In this document: one piece after another, positions 38,851 through 53,219 of the stretch | How positions within the stretch are numbered: position 1 is the stretch's first letter | Layout of the letters: each line of letters opens with the position of its first letter | Origin: Heptranchias perlo | Lineage: Eukaryota | Length of the DNA: 64,000 bases | Reading direction: 5' to 3' | NCBI RefSeq assembly: GCF_035084215.1 | Contig: NC_090330.1 | Span: 14,694,001-14,758,000, forward strand | Notes under the pieces: generated by a model | The model's input: only the letters and a program-made list of their open reading frames with translations | Told to the model about the DNA's origin: nothing | The model's database searches: none | Program-made: the position numbers and the translations under genes

Positions 38851-39939
38851 GGTAACCTGCAGTATCGTTATGGATAGATTCACCTGCATTCTACTCTGTC
38901 GTGTATGACAGCTCCTGGTTGACCTGTAGCAGATGCTCATGTAACAGAGGCCTGAAGGACAGTCATAGCTTGGATGCTCTGATTATGGTTTTAAGTGCCT
39001 GGGGCATTGTATTGGAGATGGTTCTTGTCTAGCTTTAAATGATAACCATCTCTCAGGGCTTCACTGATCCAATTAGTACTATTAGGTCTGCTTTCCTGCA
39101 GATCAATGGCCATGCAGAACGGCATCTGCTATGGTTCTTTAAATTCACTTCTGCCTTTAATTGAGCGCCTAGCAATTTTGGGTGCCTATTTTATACAGGT
39201 GGGATTAATTTCCTAGGTAAATGAGATGATAAACGTGTCATTACCACCTCCTTTAAATACACCCAACCATATTCGGCAGGCATTTCCAGCCCCTGGCAAA
39301 ATTGCCAAAAATTCCCAATGGACATTACAAAGGACAGGGATCCAGCATTACAGGCCTTGGTCCATTTTCCACCACCAACCATCAGAGATCAGGCAGTTTT
39401 CAGGGATAATCTACTGTTATGGGTTACATTTACAAAGCTCATGTCTTGTAGTCTTGTAATTGCAACAAAATCAAACTGAATTGTTCATGATTTTTTAAAA
39501 TCTGCCCTCTGGCTTCCTCTTTGGCTGTCAAGTGCCAATTTCCCCGGCATACTTATTATGATGCTCACATACACAAAATGTCCACTCAGTGGATGTAATA
39601 AGCACAACCGTAATGAGTTAAGAGTGGCTGAGTAAACGTGGCAGGCGTAAAACACGAAACAGGGTTATTCTGCCCATCCTTTACTCATTATAAGTATAGC
39701 AATATTATTCCACTTCAAAGACAAGGAGCTAAAAACTGGGGGTGGTGAACCTTATTAGTTTCTATTAATGGATAAAGTTATAAGCCTAGAAGTGATACTG
39801 TGCAATGCTAACATTTGAACACTTAACTCATTCATATTGAATTACCTTGTCCACCATTTTAATAGTTGTGTTAACCCACTTATTAAAATAGCAGTCAAAG
39901 CAATTTCATATGAATGTCACATAACCGTGTTAAGCATTT

Positions 39940-42900
39940 GTCCCCAGCAAGTGGAAGCATCTTTTCTATGTTTACCCTATCAAACCCGTTCATAATCTTA
40001 AAGACCTCTATCAGAACACCCCTCAGTCTTCTCTTTTCTAGAGAAAAGAGCTCCAACCTGCTCAATCATTCCTGATAGGTACAACTTCTCAATTCTGGTA
40101 TGATCCTAGTAAATCTTTTTTGCACCCTCTCCAGTGCCTCTATATCCTTTTTATAATACGGAGACAGGAACTGTTCACAATACTCCAAGTGTAGTCTAAC
40201 CAAGGTTCTATACAAGTTTAACATAACTTCTCTGCTTTTCAATTCTATCCCTAAAGAAATGAACCCCAGTGCCTGGTTTGCTGTTTTTATGGCCTTATTA
40301 ACCTGCGTCGCTACTTTTAGTGATGTGTCTGTACCCCCAGATCCCTCTGCTCCTCTACCCCATTTAAACTCTTATTATCCAAGCAGTATATGGCCCCCTT
40401 ATTCTTCCTACCAAATTGTAATACCTCACACTTATCTAGATTGAAATTAATTTGCTAATGACACGCCCATTCTGCAAGTTTATCAATGTCTTCCTGTATT
40501 TTGTTGCTGTCCTCCTCAGTATTAACTATACCCCCCAATTTGGTGTCGTCCATAAATTTTGAAATTGTACTTCCGATTCCCGAGTCCAAATCATTTATAT
40601 AAATGGTGAACAACAGTGGTCCCAGCACCGATCCTTGTGGAACACCACTTCCCACCTTTTTCCAGTCTGAGTAACTACGTTTAACCTCTAATCTTTGTTT
40701 TCTATTTTGTAATTAGCTTGCTATCCATTCTGCTACTTGTCCCCTGACTCCACATGCTCTGACCTTATTCATGAGTCTACTATGCTGTACCTTATCGAAG
40801 GGATTTTGAAAATCCAAATATATTACATCTACTGCATTACCCTTGTCTATCCTTTCTGTTATTTCTTCAAAGATTTCAATAAGGTTGGTCAAGCATGGCC
40901 TTCTCTTTTGAAATCCATGCTGACTATTCTTTATTAAATTTTCAGTTTCTAGATGTTTTTCTATTACATCTTTGAGTGAGGATTCCATTATCTTTCCTAC
41001 CACAGACATTAAACTAATTGATCTATGGACTGCTTTTATCTCCCTTTTTAAATATAGGAATCACATTAGCTGTCCGCCAGTCCTCTGGCACTATTGCCTT
41101 TCTAATGAATTTATATAATATATATATGTGTATATATATATATATTATATATATATGTGTAACAGTGCCACTGCTATCTCTTCCCTAACTTCTTTTAATA
41201 TTCTATGCATGGATGCAATCTAACCAGACCTGGGGTTTTATCCTTTCTAAGTTTGATTAGTTTATCAATTATTTCCGCCCTTTCTATTTTAAATGTCTTT
41301 ATATATTTTTGATCTCTTCTTCTAATGTTATGCCCACCATGTTAGTCTCCCTTGTAAATACTGAGGCAAAGTAATTATTTAATATTTCTGCCATTTCGCT
41401 GTCATTACCTGTGAGTTTATCATGTGTATCCTCTGGTGGCCCTATCCCTATCTTGATTTTTCTTTTGTTATTTATGTGTCTGTAGAATAATTTACTATTC
41501 TTTTTATATTCCTTGATAATTTAATTTTGTAGTTTCTCTTTGCCTTCCTAATTGTTTTTTTGACTTTCCTAACCCTTTCGCATTCCCTTTTATCATCCTC
41601 TCCTTTGTTGTCTGCATACTTAGAGTATGCCTTTTTCTTTAGTTACAATTTTGCCCTTATTTCTGTATTCATCCATGGTGTATCATTGGATAGTTTGTCC
41701 TTGCTCTTTAGTGGGATATATTTCTCCTGGACTCTATTGATCACCGTTTTAAATGTTTTCCACTGCTGTTCTATTTCTTTGTTTATCAGTGAACTTTTCC
41801 AGTTTATTTTCCCTGGTTCCATTCTCATCCCCTGAAAATCAGCTTTTTTTCAATTTATTACTTTGGTCTTTGTCTTACTTATGTCCTTCTCAATCTTTAT
41901 CTTAAACCTTATTATTTGGTGATCACTATTGCCTAGATGTACCCCTATGCTTACTTCTCTTACCAGTTCTAGTTCATTTCCTATTACTAGATCCAGCAGT
42001 GCTTCCTCTTGTTGGGCTTTTTACATATTAGGTAAGAAAAGAGTCCTGCACACATTGTAAAAACTCAATTCCCTGTAACCCTTTACCTACCTCTTCTTGC
42101 CAGTTTATTTGGGGATAGTTAAATCACCCATTCTATGTCCTTTACCCATTTCACATATTTGCTTATATATTTCTTCCTTCACCTCCTTGCCACTATTAGG
42201 TGGTCTGTAGTATACCCCTATTAGTGTGATTGATCCCTTCTTATCTTTTATTTTGATCCACATGAATTCTGCTTCTATCCTTCAGTTAGTTATGTCCCTT
42301 TTTTCTACTGCCATTATGTTATCTCTAATTAGTACATCTACTCCACCCCCCCTTCTTCCTTCCCTATCCTTTCTGATTATGTTATAGCCTGCAATATTTA
42401 GTTGCCAGTCCTGTTCTTTATGTAGCCATGTTTCAGTTATTCCTTCTACATCTGGTTCCTCGCTACAGATTATTGCCTCCAGTGCCCTTGCTTTATCTTG
42501 GACACTGTGAACAGGCAGTTTAATTCATCTTTAATAGTTGTTCCTTGTACTTTATTTTTAATTGTCTTTTTATACTTCTGTTTTATAACTGTATTTGTTC
42601 CTTGACCATTTCTGTTATCTTTATTCTTAACTCTGGTCTGACCTTTACATTCCCTTATATTCCCTTAGCAGGATCTCCTCCTTGTTCTTCCCTGTGTCTT
42701 TGGTGCTGACATGGACTACAACAACTGGAACCTCCCCCTCCCTTTCCAAGTTCCCCTCCAGATGCTCCGAGATGTCTTTTACCCTTGCACCAGGTAGGCA
42801 ACACACCCTCCTGGACTCTCAGTCGCAACTGCAGAGGAAGTTATCTATCACCCGATTATCGAATCCCCTATGACTACAACCTTTCTTATCTGATCCTCCC

Positions 42901-43480
42901 ACCCCCGCCTTCGAACTGCCTCATGCTCCACGGTACCATGGTTAGCATTCTGGGCATCCTCCATCCTTATTGTCACAGGTATCAAGTACCTCACACCTGT
43001 TGGATAGGTCCAGTGTCTGCAGGACCTCCTTCTCTACCTCCCCCTCCATCATGTGTCAAAGTGTCTCTAATTCCTACTCCAGCTCAAAGACTCTGAGCCG
43101 GAGTGTCTCAAGCCAAAGGCATTTACTGCAGATGCGGCAATCTGTGACAGTCTCACTGTCCACAAACTCCCACATATTACAGTCCCGACACATAGCCTGT
43201 ACTGCCATTTCTAGTTTTTTATTTATTTAATCAGTAGTTTATTTCTAGGACTAATAGAATCACTTGAGATCTAGATTATATTTAGTGAATGGATTTAGTT
43301 TGATTTCAAAATAATCAGTAATTACTTAGTCTTTTTTTACAATTTATGAATTTTTTATTTAAGTTTTAAAAGTTGATCGATTATTTTATAGTCCTTGGTT
43401 TAAGTCACTTAGCACATCCTTCCCCTCTGCACCTAATTCCCATACTCACCAAATTCCCAGTTGAAAGTCCTCACTCGGTT
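39940..43480 (-). mobile_element. Near-full-length decayed CR1 LINE (5' UTR, ORF1 zinc finger and esterase, EN, RT)
   Basis: Minus strand from ~43208 reads MAVQAMCRDCNMWE...ICSKC..LETLRLRV.ELE; RVCCLPGARV at ~42790; RT ORFs 40713-41009 (YLDFQ.PFDKV) and 40455-40655 (GVPQGSVLGP, FMDDTKL). Confidence 0.9.
41110..41160. repeat. (TA)n-rich microsatellite within the CR1
   Basis: Direct reading: tatataatatatatatgtgtatatatatatatattatatatatatgtgt. Confidence 0.9.
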
Positions 43481-43654
43481 AGCAATTGATTCATATGGTT
43501 GGTTTATACAGGAGCTTAACATGCATCATTGTCTGCCATGACTTCAGAAGAAAAATAAGAAATTAATGGTTTGCTACACAAAATAATAAATTCCAAAAAA
43601 GTGTTCAGATACAGGTCTCAAGGTAGCGTTAGAACAAAACTAAAGGGATTCAAT

Positions 43655-43820
43655 AGTAACTTTCAAAAGGGTATTAGATACATACTTGAAAAGGAAAAAA
43701 TTGCAGGGCTATGGGGAAAGAGCAGGGGAGTGAGACTAATCAGATAGCTCTTTTCAAAGACCCGACACAGGCAAGAAGGGCCGAATGGCCTCCTTCTGTG
43801 CTGTGTGATTCTATGATATT
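43655..43820 (+). mobile_element. CR1 3' UTR fragment
   Basis: TTGCAGGGCTATGGGGAAAGAGCAGGGG...GGGCCGAATGGCCTCCTTCTGTGCTG...ATTCTATG. Confidence 0.85.
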
Positions 43821-45197
43821 AAAACTCTTGGTCCCGAAAGTCCACAGGCTGGCAGCCCGGACTTTTGCCGATATTTGTACGGTCAGCGAGTGGGCACGTC
43901 ATCTGCATTAAGACCAGCAGGTACCGGTCAAACAAGCCACTGTAATGCCCAATCTTCCAGAAAGATTGGTTGCCATTTGATTTCAGGCCTACCATTCAGG
44001 AAGTTGTCATGAAGAAAATTTGCCCACCTTTTTGCTCTTCAGCCAGACTGACGCCACCCTGAGATTCCAGTACTTGCGTTTGGTAAGTGCACCAATAGTG
44101 CTGTGACCAGCTCTGGCACCGGTAATGACCTCTTCCCCAGAATTTGGGTTGGCTTCTTTCCAGGACCAAAGTGTTGGATGGAATGGTCAGGCTGAGGTCC
44201 ATACCTCCAACTGGTACGCCTTACAAATCTCACATACCACCTTGCTATGAATCTTCAGCTTTAAATGTGGTAAAGGATAAAAATTAAATATATAGGTAAA
44301 GCAAAAAATATAAAATAAAGGCCACTCATTTACAGTTTTCACAGAATAACGAACAGAGTAGTGGAATTTGATCTGCAAAACATCGGTAAAAATTCAAAAA
44401 TACTATGTAATAGAAATGGGATTTGATTTATTCAATCACTGTAAATCAGTAGCCCTGATGTTAACACCCCTAATGTTATAAAACAGCAAATCTGTACCAC
44501 AGATTTCTCTGTCTGCAAAACAGATTCTTCACTGGAGTGCCAGATCAAAGTCATCTATCAGTATTTGAGGTAGAATTACCATTTGTGGAGTTCCATCTCT
44601 ATCACGGAAGGTTGTCCACTTCGTTCACTCGTTGCGTTACTAGTTCTTCAAAATTCTCATTGCTTTGGAAGCGATCTTATACATTTCCCAATCTTGCAAG
44701 GGAGGTACAAGCAGACAGCATTCTATCTGAGGCATGGCAGGACATAAACATGTCCAAAGCAAGGACATGATAAACGTGAAATACGGATATAAACAGAAAA
44801 GATTGTTTACTGTTCATTTTACAGTGAGAGTCTGGATTCGTTTATGCATTTTCCTCAAATATTTATATGTGTCAGGCATATAAACTCTGTACGACCTGCT
44901 TAATAATTATTTTGGTTCTATAATTCTGCTTTAATAGAACACCTTAAATTATCTATATAATTGTATTGTTATTGGACCGTGCTATACTTACATTCTTTTC
45001 CACAGTAAAGCCCCAATTTTTCAAGGCTCCATCAATGGTGCAGAAACTTGCTGGGGTTGTGAAAATGGACAGAGAATCAAACCCGCCCAATTCACAGGAA
45101 AGAAAAATACCAGCTTTTTGGAGGTTGTACTGGTGACCAGCACAAGCCTCATTAAACCTTCAAATATATTTACAGTAGTTCCATGCCACATTCATTG

Positions 45198-45745
45198 GCC
45201 CCGATATTAATGGGGTGGCAGGGATAGCGCAGGGGTCAACCCGGCAAGGCCAGGGGTGTGGAGACCCTGCCGATCTTAACGGCAAAGCCTCATTTAAATT
45301 AAAGAATGCAGGCTTCCGCCCGACAGCCGGCCAAACGGACGGCCTGGCCGGCGGGCGGGAGTGGGAATTTGCGGATGGCCTGAAGGGGTGCTCAGCAACA
45401 GGGGCAAGACTAGAGTCAGCAGAGAAGTGGATACTGCCTCTTGGGGCGATTCACATATGGTCCTACTAAGCCCCGGGAATTCCCACGGGATCCCAGCAGT
45501 TAGTGGAGGCTCTGACTGCTATCAGGGGGTAGAGGGGTGCTCTGGCCGCAATCAGAGCGGGGGGAGGGAGCCCGGGAGAAGGGAGGACCAAGGCTTCCTT
45601 GTGAGGCCCAGAGGAGCCTCCTCGCCCACCAGGAAACCTGGAAAGTAAATTCAAAACTTACCTTCTGGGCTTCTCCTGGCCCAGGACCTGGCTCCAAGGC
45701 AGGTTTTGCCTGACGGGGGACCCAACACTGCTGCCCCCTGCGATG
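45198..45745. mobile_element. GC-rich MITE-like element (similar islands at ~25330-25900, ~46450-47016, ~50020-50483)
   Basis: GGCCCCGATATTAA-type terminus and GC-rich body; the other islands end in AAATTCAGCT, AATTTCAGCCCC and TTAAAATAGGCCCC. Confidence 0.5.
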
Positions 45746-46189
45746 AGCATTCTATCTTAACGTTTGGTTAGACAGTTTGTTTACATTTTGCTCATACATT
45801 GCTTTATCTGCATTTTCATTGGTGCCGTAATTCTTGCTGCTCTTCAGACCTGTGTTTTTGCATTGCTAGGTTTTTATTTCCATCTGTTTCTAACAACCAT
45901 TTTGGGTCCAGCTGCTAGCCTAGATCAGACTTAGCCAATAGCAGGTACATCACAAACATTCCAGTGACAGAAGAAACAGGAAGCTTAGTATTGCTAAGAC
46001 AACACTACACAAGTGAGGGTGCCAGTCACTTCATCCAACTCTTGAAGCATATTCTCCTTTTGTTGGCCCTGTAAAACTACAATAAAATTTGGCCATAAAT
46101 TTATGGAAATTCTATGTAAACACCTAAGCAAAGAAAACAACCAGAGGCACCAGCTTAACTTGGGATAGAAAGAACTTGTATTTGTAAAT

Positions 46190-46445
46190 TTGTATTTCAT
46201 GTCCTCAGAACATCTCAAAGCACTTCACAACCAATGAGTTACTCTTTGAAGTGCAGTCAGATACAGCAGCCAATTTGTGCACAGCAACATCCCACAAACA
46301 GATTAATGACCTGATAATCTGTTTGGTGATGTTGGTTGAGGGAGGAAAGTTGACCAGGACACCAAGATAATTCTCCTGCCCTGCTTCGAATAATGCCAAT
46401 GGGCCTTATACATGCACCTGAGAAGTGGTTGACAAAGCCTCAGTT
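46190..46445 (-). mobile_element. Deu-domain-type SINE fragment
   Basis: Aligns by eye with 57030-57295 (GCAGCCAATTTGTG..CAGCAA..ATCCCACAAACAG). Confidence 0.7.
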
Positions 46446-48539
46446 TTGAAGGGTTTTGAATAGGGAGCCTAACATCTGTTTCAGGACCCCTTCCCAAAAC
46501 TGAGCCGCCGTCAGTGGAGACAGCGTCGGGCCAGTTGCGTTCAGCATAACCAAGTCAGCATGTGGCCTGACTAGAGGTCCTTAAGTTTAAAAAAACCTTA
46601 CCTAAATGTATAGCCAGGGCCTGCTCCTCCCGGCTCCACAGCAGTCCCGAAGACCATTGCCAACCCCTGCTCAGCCCCTTCCCGATCACCCGCTTCTTTT
46701 TCAATCGCCCCCCCCTCCCGATTGCCTCCCCCCCTCCCAATTGCCCTCTTCTCTCTTAATTGTCTACCCCCCCCACCCCCCGTCCCAAGCCACCTCCCAT
46801 GACTACTTGGGAGCCGCTGCTGTTGACACAGTGGACCGAAATTTACATCCGCTTCATCGGCGAGCTGTCTGGGGACGCGCGGCAGACGTCTGCAGTTCGC
46901 CGGACTAACTTAGATGAGGCCCGAGGCCCAATTTCGATCGGGTCTCGGGCCTACCCATTGGGGTGCAGGGATCGTCGCTGATGCCCAGTAGGCTGGCGCT
47001 AACTAATTTCAGCCCCATTATGATCTTCTGACATTCATTAGTGTGATAATCATATCAAAGCTTACACTGGGGCTCATTACTGTGGTGGTGGTGACTACAT
47101 GCCAGCATGTAATGGTTTGGAAAGAACTTGTGCAGTGATTATTTGCACCATTTCTCGTGGGCAACAATTATTTCAGCAATGGGCAATATCACTGCAACTG
47201 TGGTACTGCCAATTTCTCAGGAGTATTACACAACCCTATTACCCAGCAACTTGTTGCTTTGCACATTCAATCAAGGAAAGCACCACTGCTATCGTTTAGC
47301 TCACAAGATTAGTCCCAGCTTCATTAAATCATAGACGGTCTTGGCCACAAAATATTAGTCTGTGGTCAAGTATAATCACATTCCAGCTAATAAATTTTGT
47401 TTATTATGCTCTCCTGGCAACAACTTTCATTTGAAGGATGTCAGAAATTCATTTGAACCTGCTGTTCGCTGGCATCAATCATTACGACAAGCAGCGAAAT
47501 CTGCTCGATAAAAGGTTGCGCGTTCCCATGCGCTGTACCTGAGAAAAGATCAGAGCTGCTAGAATGAGATAACTATGCTTGTGAGGGTGCTCAAGAAAGA
47601 GGAAAAGGTTTGAAGCTCTCTAGTGACGTTTCTCTGTTTGACTGCACCGGCACGTTATGAGGTACAGCCTCCTTTAAATGAAGAACGGGAAGCCGAAAGA
47701 AGTGTAAGCAACCAGCAGGCTGTTGTTGGCGGTCCTAATGATGATGAATGATCGCACAGTTGTTGGTGCACCACCCTGTGTAGCTTTTGCCTTGTGTTTG
47801 AACCCAGTGGCAGGAGACATTCACGCAAGTAAGCAAAAAAAAAAGAACCATAAAAACTATTGCCGTTTCTTTTTTCGGTCTGCTTCCAGGATCTCAGTGG
47901 AAACAAAAATTTATGCTGAAGTAAGATATAACCCCATTCTATGAAAACCGCTGTTGAACGGTTTTATACTTTTTTTTTCTATTCTTCATAATTTTCATAC
48001 TTTAAAAGGCGAATGCCATCATCCATCGGGTCTCCAGCTGTTAACATGGTTATTATAATGATGATCTGGAAAGAAAACGCAAGCATCATCCTGCAAGTGT
48101 CACTGGTACTGTGTCAAGTGCCATGTTTACAGTAAAATGTAAAGAAAAATCACAGAAATTCTTCCCTTGCATTGACAGTTTGGGGGTAGACTGGTAATTT
48201 GCATGACAGCGCTGTACCAGAAGAGCTGCTGGCAACTCGCTTCTAACTAGCATCTGTGTTCAGAAAGGACTCAGAATGGCAGGATACAGAACTGTAGGGT
48301 TGCGCTATGTTAAAATTATTCTTTTAGATAAGGTACAGATCATTATTGATCAAATAAAAACATTCCATTAAAGATCCAGATTTCCAGCATTTGCTGTTTA
48401 TTCTTTTCATCAATTCTGACAAAGGGTCGACATCAATATGTTAACCTGTCTGTTCAGATGATGGTGGACTTGCTGGGTTAGAAATTCCACCTAGCAGAAA
48501 TGGTTCCCCTGGCATGAACTGATTGACCACACACTGGGA

Positions 48540-48885
48540 ATTGGGGTGTTTCTGAAGCCTCTGGCTTTTCACTCACATACAAAAGGTGTCATCTTTCAGA
48601 TAAGATTATCAAGCAAGGCCTCATCTGCCTGTTCAGTTGGATACAAAAGATCCCGGACATAATTCAATATCTCTCAGCATCCTGGCAATGTGCATCCCTG
48701 AACAAGCACCATCGAATAAAAAAACAGATTCATCTCATTTGCTGTTTGTGGGGCCTTGCCGTGCGCAAAATGGTCGTGTTTACCTTCATAATAATAGTGA
48801 CTAACTTTAAAGTAATTCATTGGCTGTGAAACACTTTGCGATGTCCTGAGGATGTGAAAGGCACGAAATAAAATTTCTTTCTTTC
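48540..48885 (+). mobile_element. Deu-domain-type SINE fragment
   Basis: Reverse-complement similarity to 56990-57300; 3' tail GTGAAAGGCAC..AATAAA..TTCTTTCTTTC. Confidence 0.65.
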
Positions 48886-51800
48886 TTGAGTAGCCCTGTG
48901 TGTATGGGGTTAGTGTATTTCTGGTCTGTCGCTTCCCCTTTGACTTCTTCTAAATGGGTCCCCAGTGGAAAGAGTAAGTGTGGTGGCTGGCTACTGGGTG
49001 TCAGCGAGAGCCAGGCGGACTTCAGGTGACAATGTGCTTTCTTATTCTGGGTCATAGGATGGCCCAACAAATATCTTTTCCATTCCTGTTGCTATGGCTG
49101 GCTGGTCCTGCCCACTTTATGCCACATCTATTATCATTTGTAGGGAGGCACTAGATATGCTGATGCCTTGAAAGACAACTGCCTCGCCCCTGCCTATTGT
49201 AGCATATACCTGCTACAGGACACTACTTTAGCGCCTCCATTGGCAGCTCGCCTGAGCAAAGACATCAATGGTGGGCTGTCTGCCTCGACGGCAGCAGCCC
49301 TCAAGTAAGTCCCGGGGAGTGGGATTGGTGCGGGCTAAAGCTTGCTCAAGGAGGTAAGTTTTAAGGAGGGTCTAAAAGGAGGAAAGGTTTAGGCACATCA
49401 GGAAAATAAACAAAAACATACTTACTATTGTCCTTAATATTCTTGGGGATTACTACGTAACAGTAACAGGTTTTAAATGGGTAGGCTGTTTTATTTTCTT
49501 AAAAGGAAGCAACTTAAGCGTGGACACCTATAATCAATCACATCACACAGAACAAAGCCCAGTATTTATCTGATTAATTCAAAGCTGTCTGTGCTGAAGT
49601 CTTGATTAACTGGTAAAAGCTGTAGAGAAACAATGTCTGCACAATTCACTAGACTATAATACGTTCTATTTTTAAACTCACCAGTGAAAGATAATTACTG
49701 ACTTGGGCTAAAGGTTAGATTTGATAAGAAGAGTTAATGAACTGTCTCACCCAATGAATGAGAGCAATCTCCCTACTGACTTTGCAAGTGTTGTAGTGTT
49801 GCCACTGTTACAATAAGAAGAACCCCCTCATTAAATAGCAGGTTAACCAGTCCACAACTCACCAATGTAATGTTATATCACCCACACACTGAGTTAAACC
49901 TTCTAATGCTAAAAGGCTGATCTTTGTCTGAAACCTCTTGAGTGACATAGTATTACTGCATATTTATGACTGTGTTGTGGGATCTCCCGTGGCATTGCTC
50001 GCACTGACTTGGAAGGTATGGGGGTAGATTTTGAACTTGCAGCCTGGGCGTAAAACTGACGTACGAACATACGAAAATGACGGGCAGGAAAAGACCAGCT
50101 GGTCCATCAAGCCAGCCCCACACCCATGATGCCTGGAGCAGCCTGACGAGACATTCCCAACCTCTCCTGGGTGAGGCTAAAAAAAACAGAAAAGCCCAGG
50201 GCCAATAAAGGGGGAAAAAATCTGGAAAATTCCACTTCGACCCCCTCAGGTGATCAAAACCAGCCCAGCTGTCTCATCAAATTGCATCAGGGCCCTATGT
50301 ACATCATGGGACCCCAATAGAGTAATGAGACTTCCGGCTGATTTAGGAGGGCATCCATGGAGCCCAACGGAAAGCACCAGTAAATATGGCGGCGGAGGGG
50401 TAACAGGGTGGTAAGTGGGGCAGAGCGGCCTTAACTCTGTTACCATTCTATTTCGCTGGATGGGCCTAGTTAAAATAGGCCCCTTTGAGTGTAGGGTTGC
50501 ATCTTCATTACCTTAAAATGGGGAGTGTAGAGAAGAAAACTAGCGGGGTTGGGCCTTTATATGGTAAGACACAAATTAGCTGTTAACTTCTATTAGCTCT
50601 TGCACAACTCATCGGGTGGGAATTCCTCTAGTCATTGTTAGCGATGCCATAAATGTAGAGAGAAGATTTCTTATGTTCATTATTTCCAGCAAAATTGTAA
50701 AAATATTTTAAAGAACAAATTCACTTGTGACCAGAGGAAACCTTCCTTCTGGATATTCTAACACAGTGTATTGCCATTGACATACATTTTTAAGTGTTTA
50801 TTGTTCTAAAGATTGGATATATTTAATGCATTTTCTGCCACAAAGAACCTTGACCCTCTATAATATATTGTTGAATGATCTGTACTATGGAAAGCTCTTC
50901 ACTCACTACAATTCCTTACTCAGCAGGAGACCTGTTGCATGATAATATAACACATTTCTAAGTCCATTTGTTGTCATCAGTAAAACATTGAAGATGGGAT
51001 CTTGCTGTGTTGCTGCTCTTTATGCCCAGGTAATATTAATCTCCATAACAGCAGCCACTATTATAAATGCATGGAACTTAGCACCCAGCAGCATGTTAAA
51101 GGGGATTCAGATAAAGGCACAACTGGGGTGATAAGCGTTGCATATTATAATCATAGTGTAATCAAAACCTATTCATTTTAGGGACTTGAAAGCTCTGTCT
51201 GTGGTGATGTGATAACCTGCAACAATTTAGACTCAAATGACTATGAAACGCAGCTCTTCACCATTTGAAGTAAAGATGTTTGGTTTAAAGGTGTAGGCTG
51301 CAGATAAAGTGCTGTATAGCTTTGGGTTGGAGAAGTGAGAGCTACGGAAGAGAAGTGTTTAATCTGAACCAGCATTATAGTGATGATTAAAGGTCTGCCG
51401 TACCATGACTTTTTGGATTATATTTTAACTTGTAAATCTTTCGGTTATTTGCTCCTCTCTTTTATGTTTCCCTGTGCTCTTGCCAAGATGACAGATGTGG
51501 TGTGATGCTCACGAGACATCTGCCAATACTCCTCCACAACCAGCTGCTAGGATGTATGTGAGAGCTCCCCCATCTTCTTCCCTCCCTTCTGCCACCCCCA
51601 ACCCCCTACCAAGCAGGATGTCTAATACCTGACAGCCCAGCTTGAGATCAGGAACCAGATATGCACCATCTCCCATGCGAACTCATTCTTTGCCAGCAAC
51701 TCAAAACTGTGGAAATCATTATCTTGTTTGTCTCCCCTTCTTCCTACAATCTACAGGCTGTTACAACCCAAGTTTGGGTTCACCTTCTCTCAACTTCTTG

Positions 51801-52136
51801 GTTTACCTCATTTTCTCTGCAAAGCTTTTCCACATTAGTGGTGTCCTGTACCCTTCACATTGATTCATCAACAACAAAATGGGGAATCATGGGTATAAAT
51901 CTACATCTCTCTCCAAAATGGTGCATGTTGGTTACTTAAGAATGATCCTTTAAGCAGTTGTGATGGGAGGAATTTTTTTAAGACACTAGTAAATTGCCCG
52001 TAGCATTGCCTATAGTCAGTTGATGAATATTCAGTTCTTTATGTATACAAGAAGGCAAAGGAATTAGGAGAGACTTTGGAAACTTGCTCCCAGTTACCAG
52101 TTTCTACCTAGTTTCCAGCACCTGAAATTACATTGA

Positions 52137-52233
52137 TGTGGAGATGCCGGTGATGGACTGGGGTTGACAATTGTAAACAATTTTACAACACCAAGTTATA
52201 GTCCAACAATTTTATTTGAAATTCACAAGCTTT
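52137..52233 (-). mobile_element. Penelope-like element 3'-terminal fragment, truncated within the hammerhead
   Basis: GTGGAGATGCCGGTGATGGACTGGGGTTGACAA...TCACAAGCTTT matches 6377-6451 and 10969-11030. Confidence 0.85.
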
Positions 52234-52249
52234 GTAACAGTTGACATCA

Positions 52250-52830
52250 TAAAATTGAATGGGAAATGTTGACATAACAATTTACAGTGGTAGACACAAA
52301 AGTATGATCAAAAATAATGACAACAGGAAGTAAAGTTTGTGGTCAGGAAGTGCGTGGCCTACATAAAACAACTAATGAATATTTCTCCATTAGTTGAATC
52401 CCCCACAACCAGTACTCTCCTATTCTTGCATCTGGTGTTTCTATTTTACCCATGGATAATCTCTTGCTCCATGGTGTTCTTGATTACCCTCCCTGTGTCT
52501 CCATCGTTGTCCATCACAGATGTTGAGAACTGTATACCTATTGGACAAGTCCAGATCTACAAGTTTGACCATTTTCTCCTCTTTGCCCCCACCCTTTGTG
52601 GGCAGTCACTTCCTTCTGTTCCTCTGCTTCATTATTTTTTTCTATCTGCGAGGTGGCCATCTTCTGGAACACATCTTCCAGAAACCTTTCCTCCTCATGT
52701 ATGTTGCAAAATGTAGCCTGATGGTCCATGAACCCTACATTCCTTTGCTTGAGCAGCACACTTTCTGACACTTCATGCATATGTAGTCCTTCTGGATATT
52801 TTGCAGATACAGGATACCCCACATCATACA
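52250..52830 (-). mobile_element. Old CR1 ORF1 remnant
   Basis: Minus strand DYICMKC..LLKQR and I.EEE.FL..VF..M.T (ORF 52538-52822); VGDS esterase motif near 52400. Confidence 0.55.
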
Positions 52831-52936
52831 GGCAACAGTCATCACTAACCTGGCTCTTGATCTTGCTTCTACTATCTTCCTAACTTCTATGATACTCTAA
52901 ATTTAATTGATTAGAACAAATTCTGACTTACCTGCC

Positions 52937-53219
52937 TGGGGCCATAAATATAAGATAGTCACTAATAAATCCAATAAAGAATTCAGGAGAAATTTCTTTA
53001 CTCAGCGAGTGGTTTGAATGTGGAACTTTTTACCATATGGAGTAGTTGAGGTGAATAGCATAGATGAATTTAAGAGGAAGCTAGATAAGTACATGAGGGA
53101 GAAAGGAAAAGAAGGATATGTTGATAGGGTTAGATAAATTAAGGTGGGAGGAGGCTCGTGTGGCGCATGAACACCGGCATAGACGAGTAGGTCTGAATGG
53201 TCTGTTTCTGTGCTGTAAG
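52937..53219 (+). mobile_element. CR1 3' end; its tail resumes at ~53686-53730 after a LINE insertion
   Basis: GHKYKIVTNKSNKEFRRNFFTQRVV; tail CTATG(C/T)AATGTAATA repeats. Confidence 0.85.

Noticed and set aside
44500-44790. Coding-looking unique segment (77-aa ORF)
   Set aside because: No recognisable domain, stops in the other frames checked, and no convincing splice-site pair
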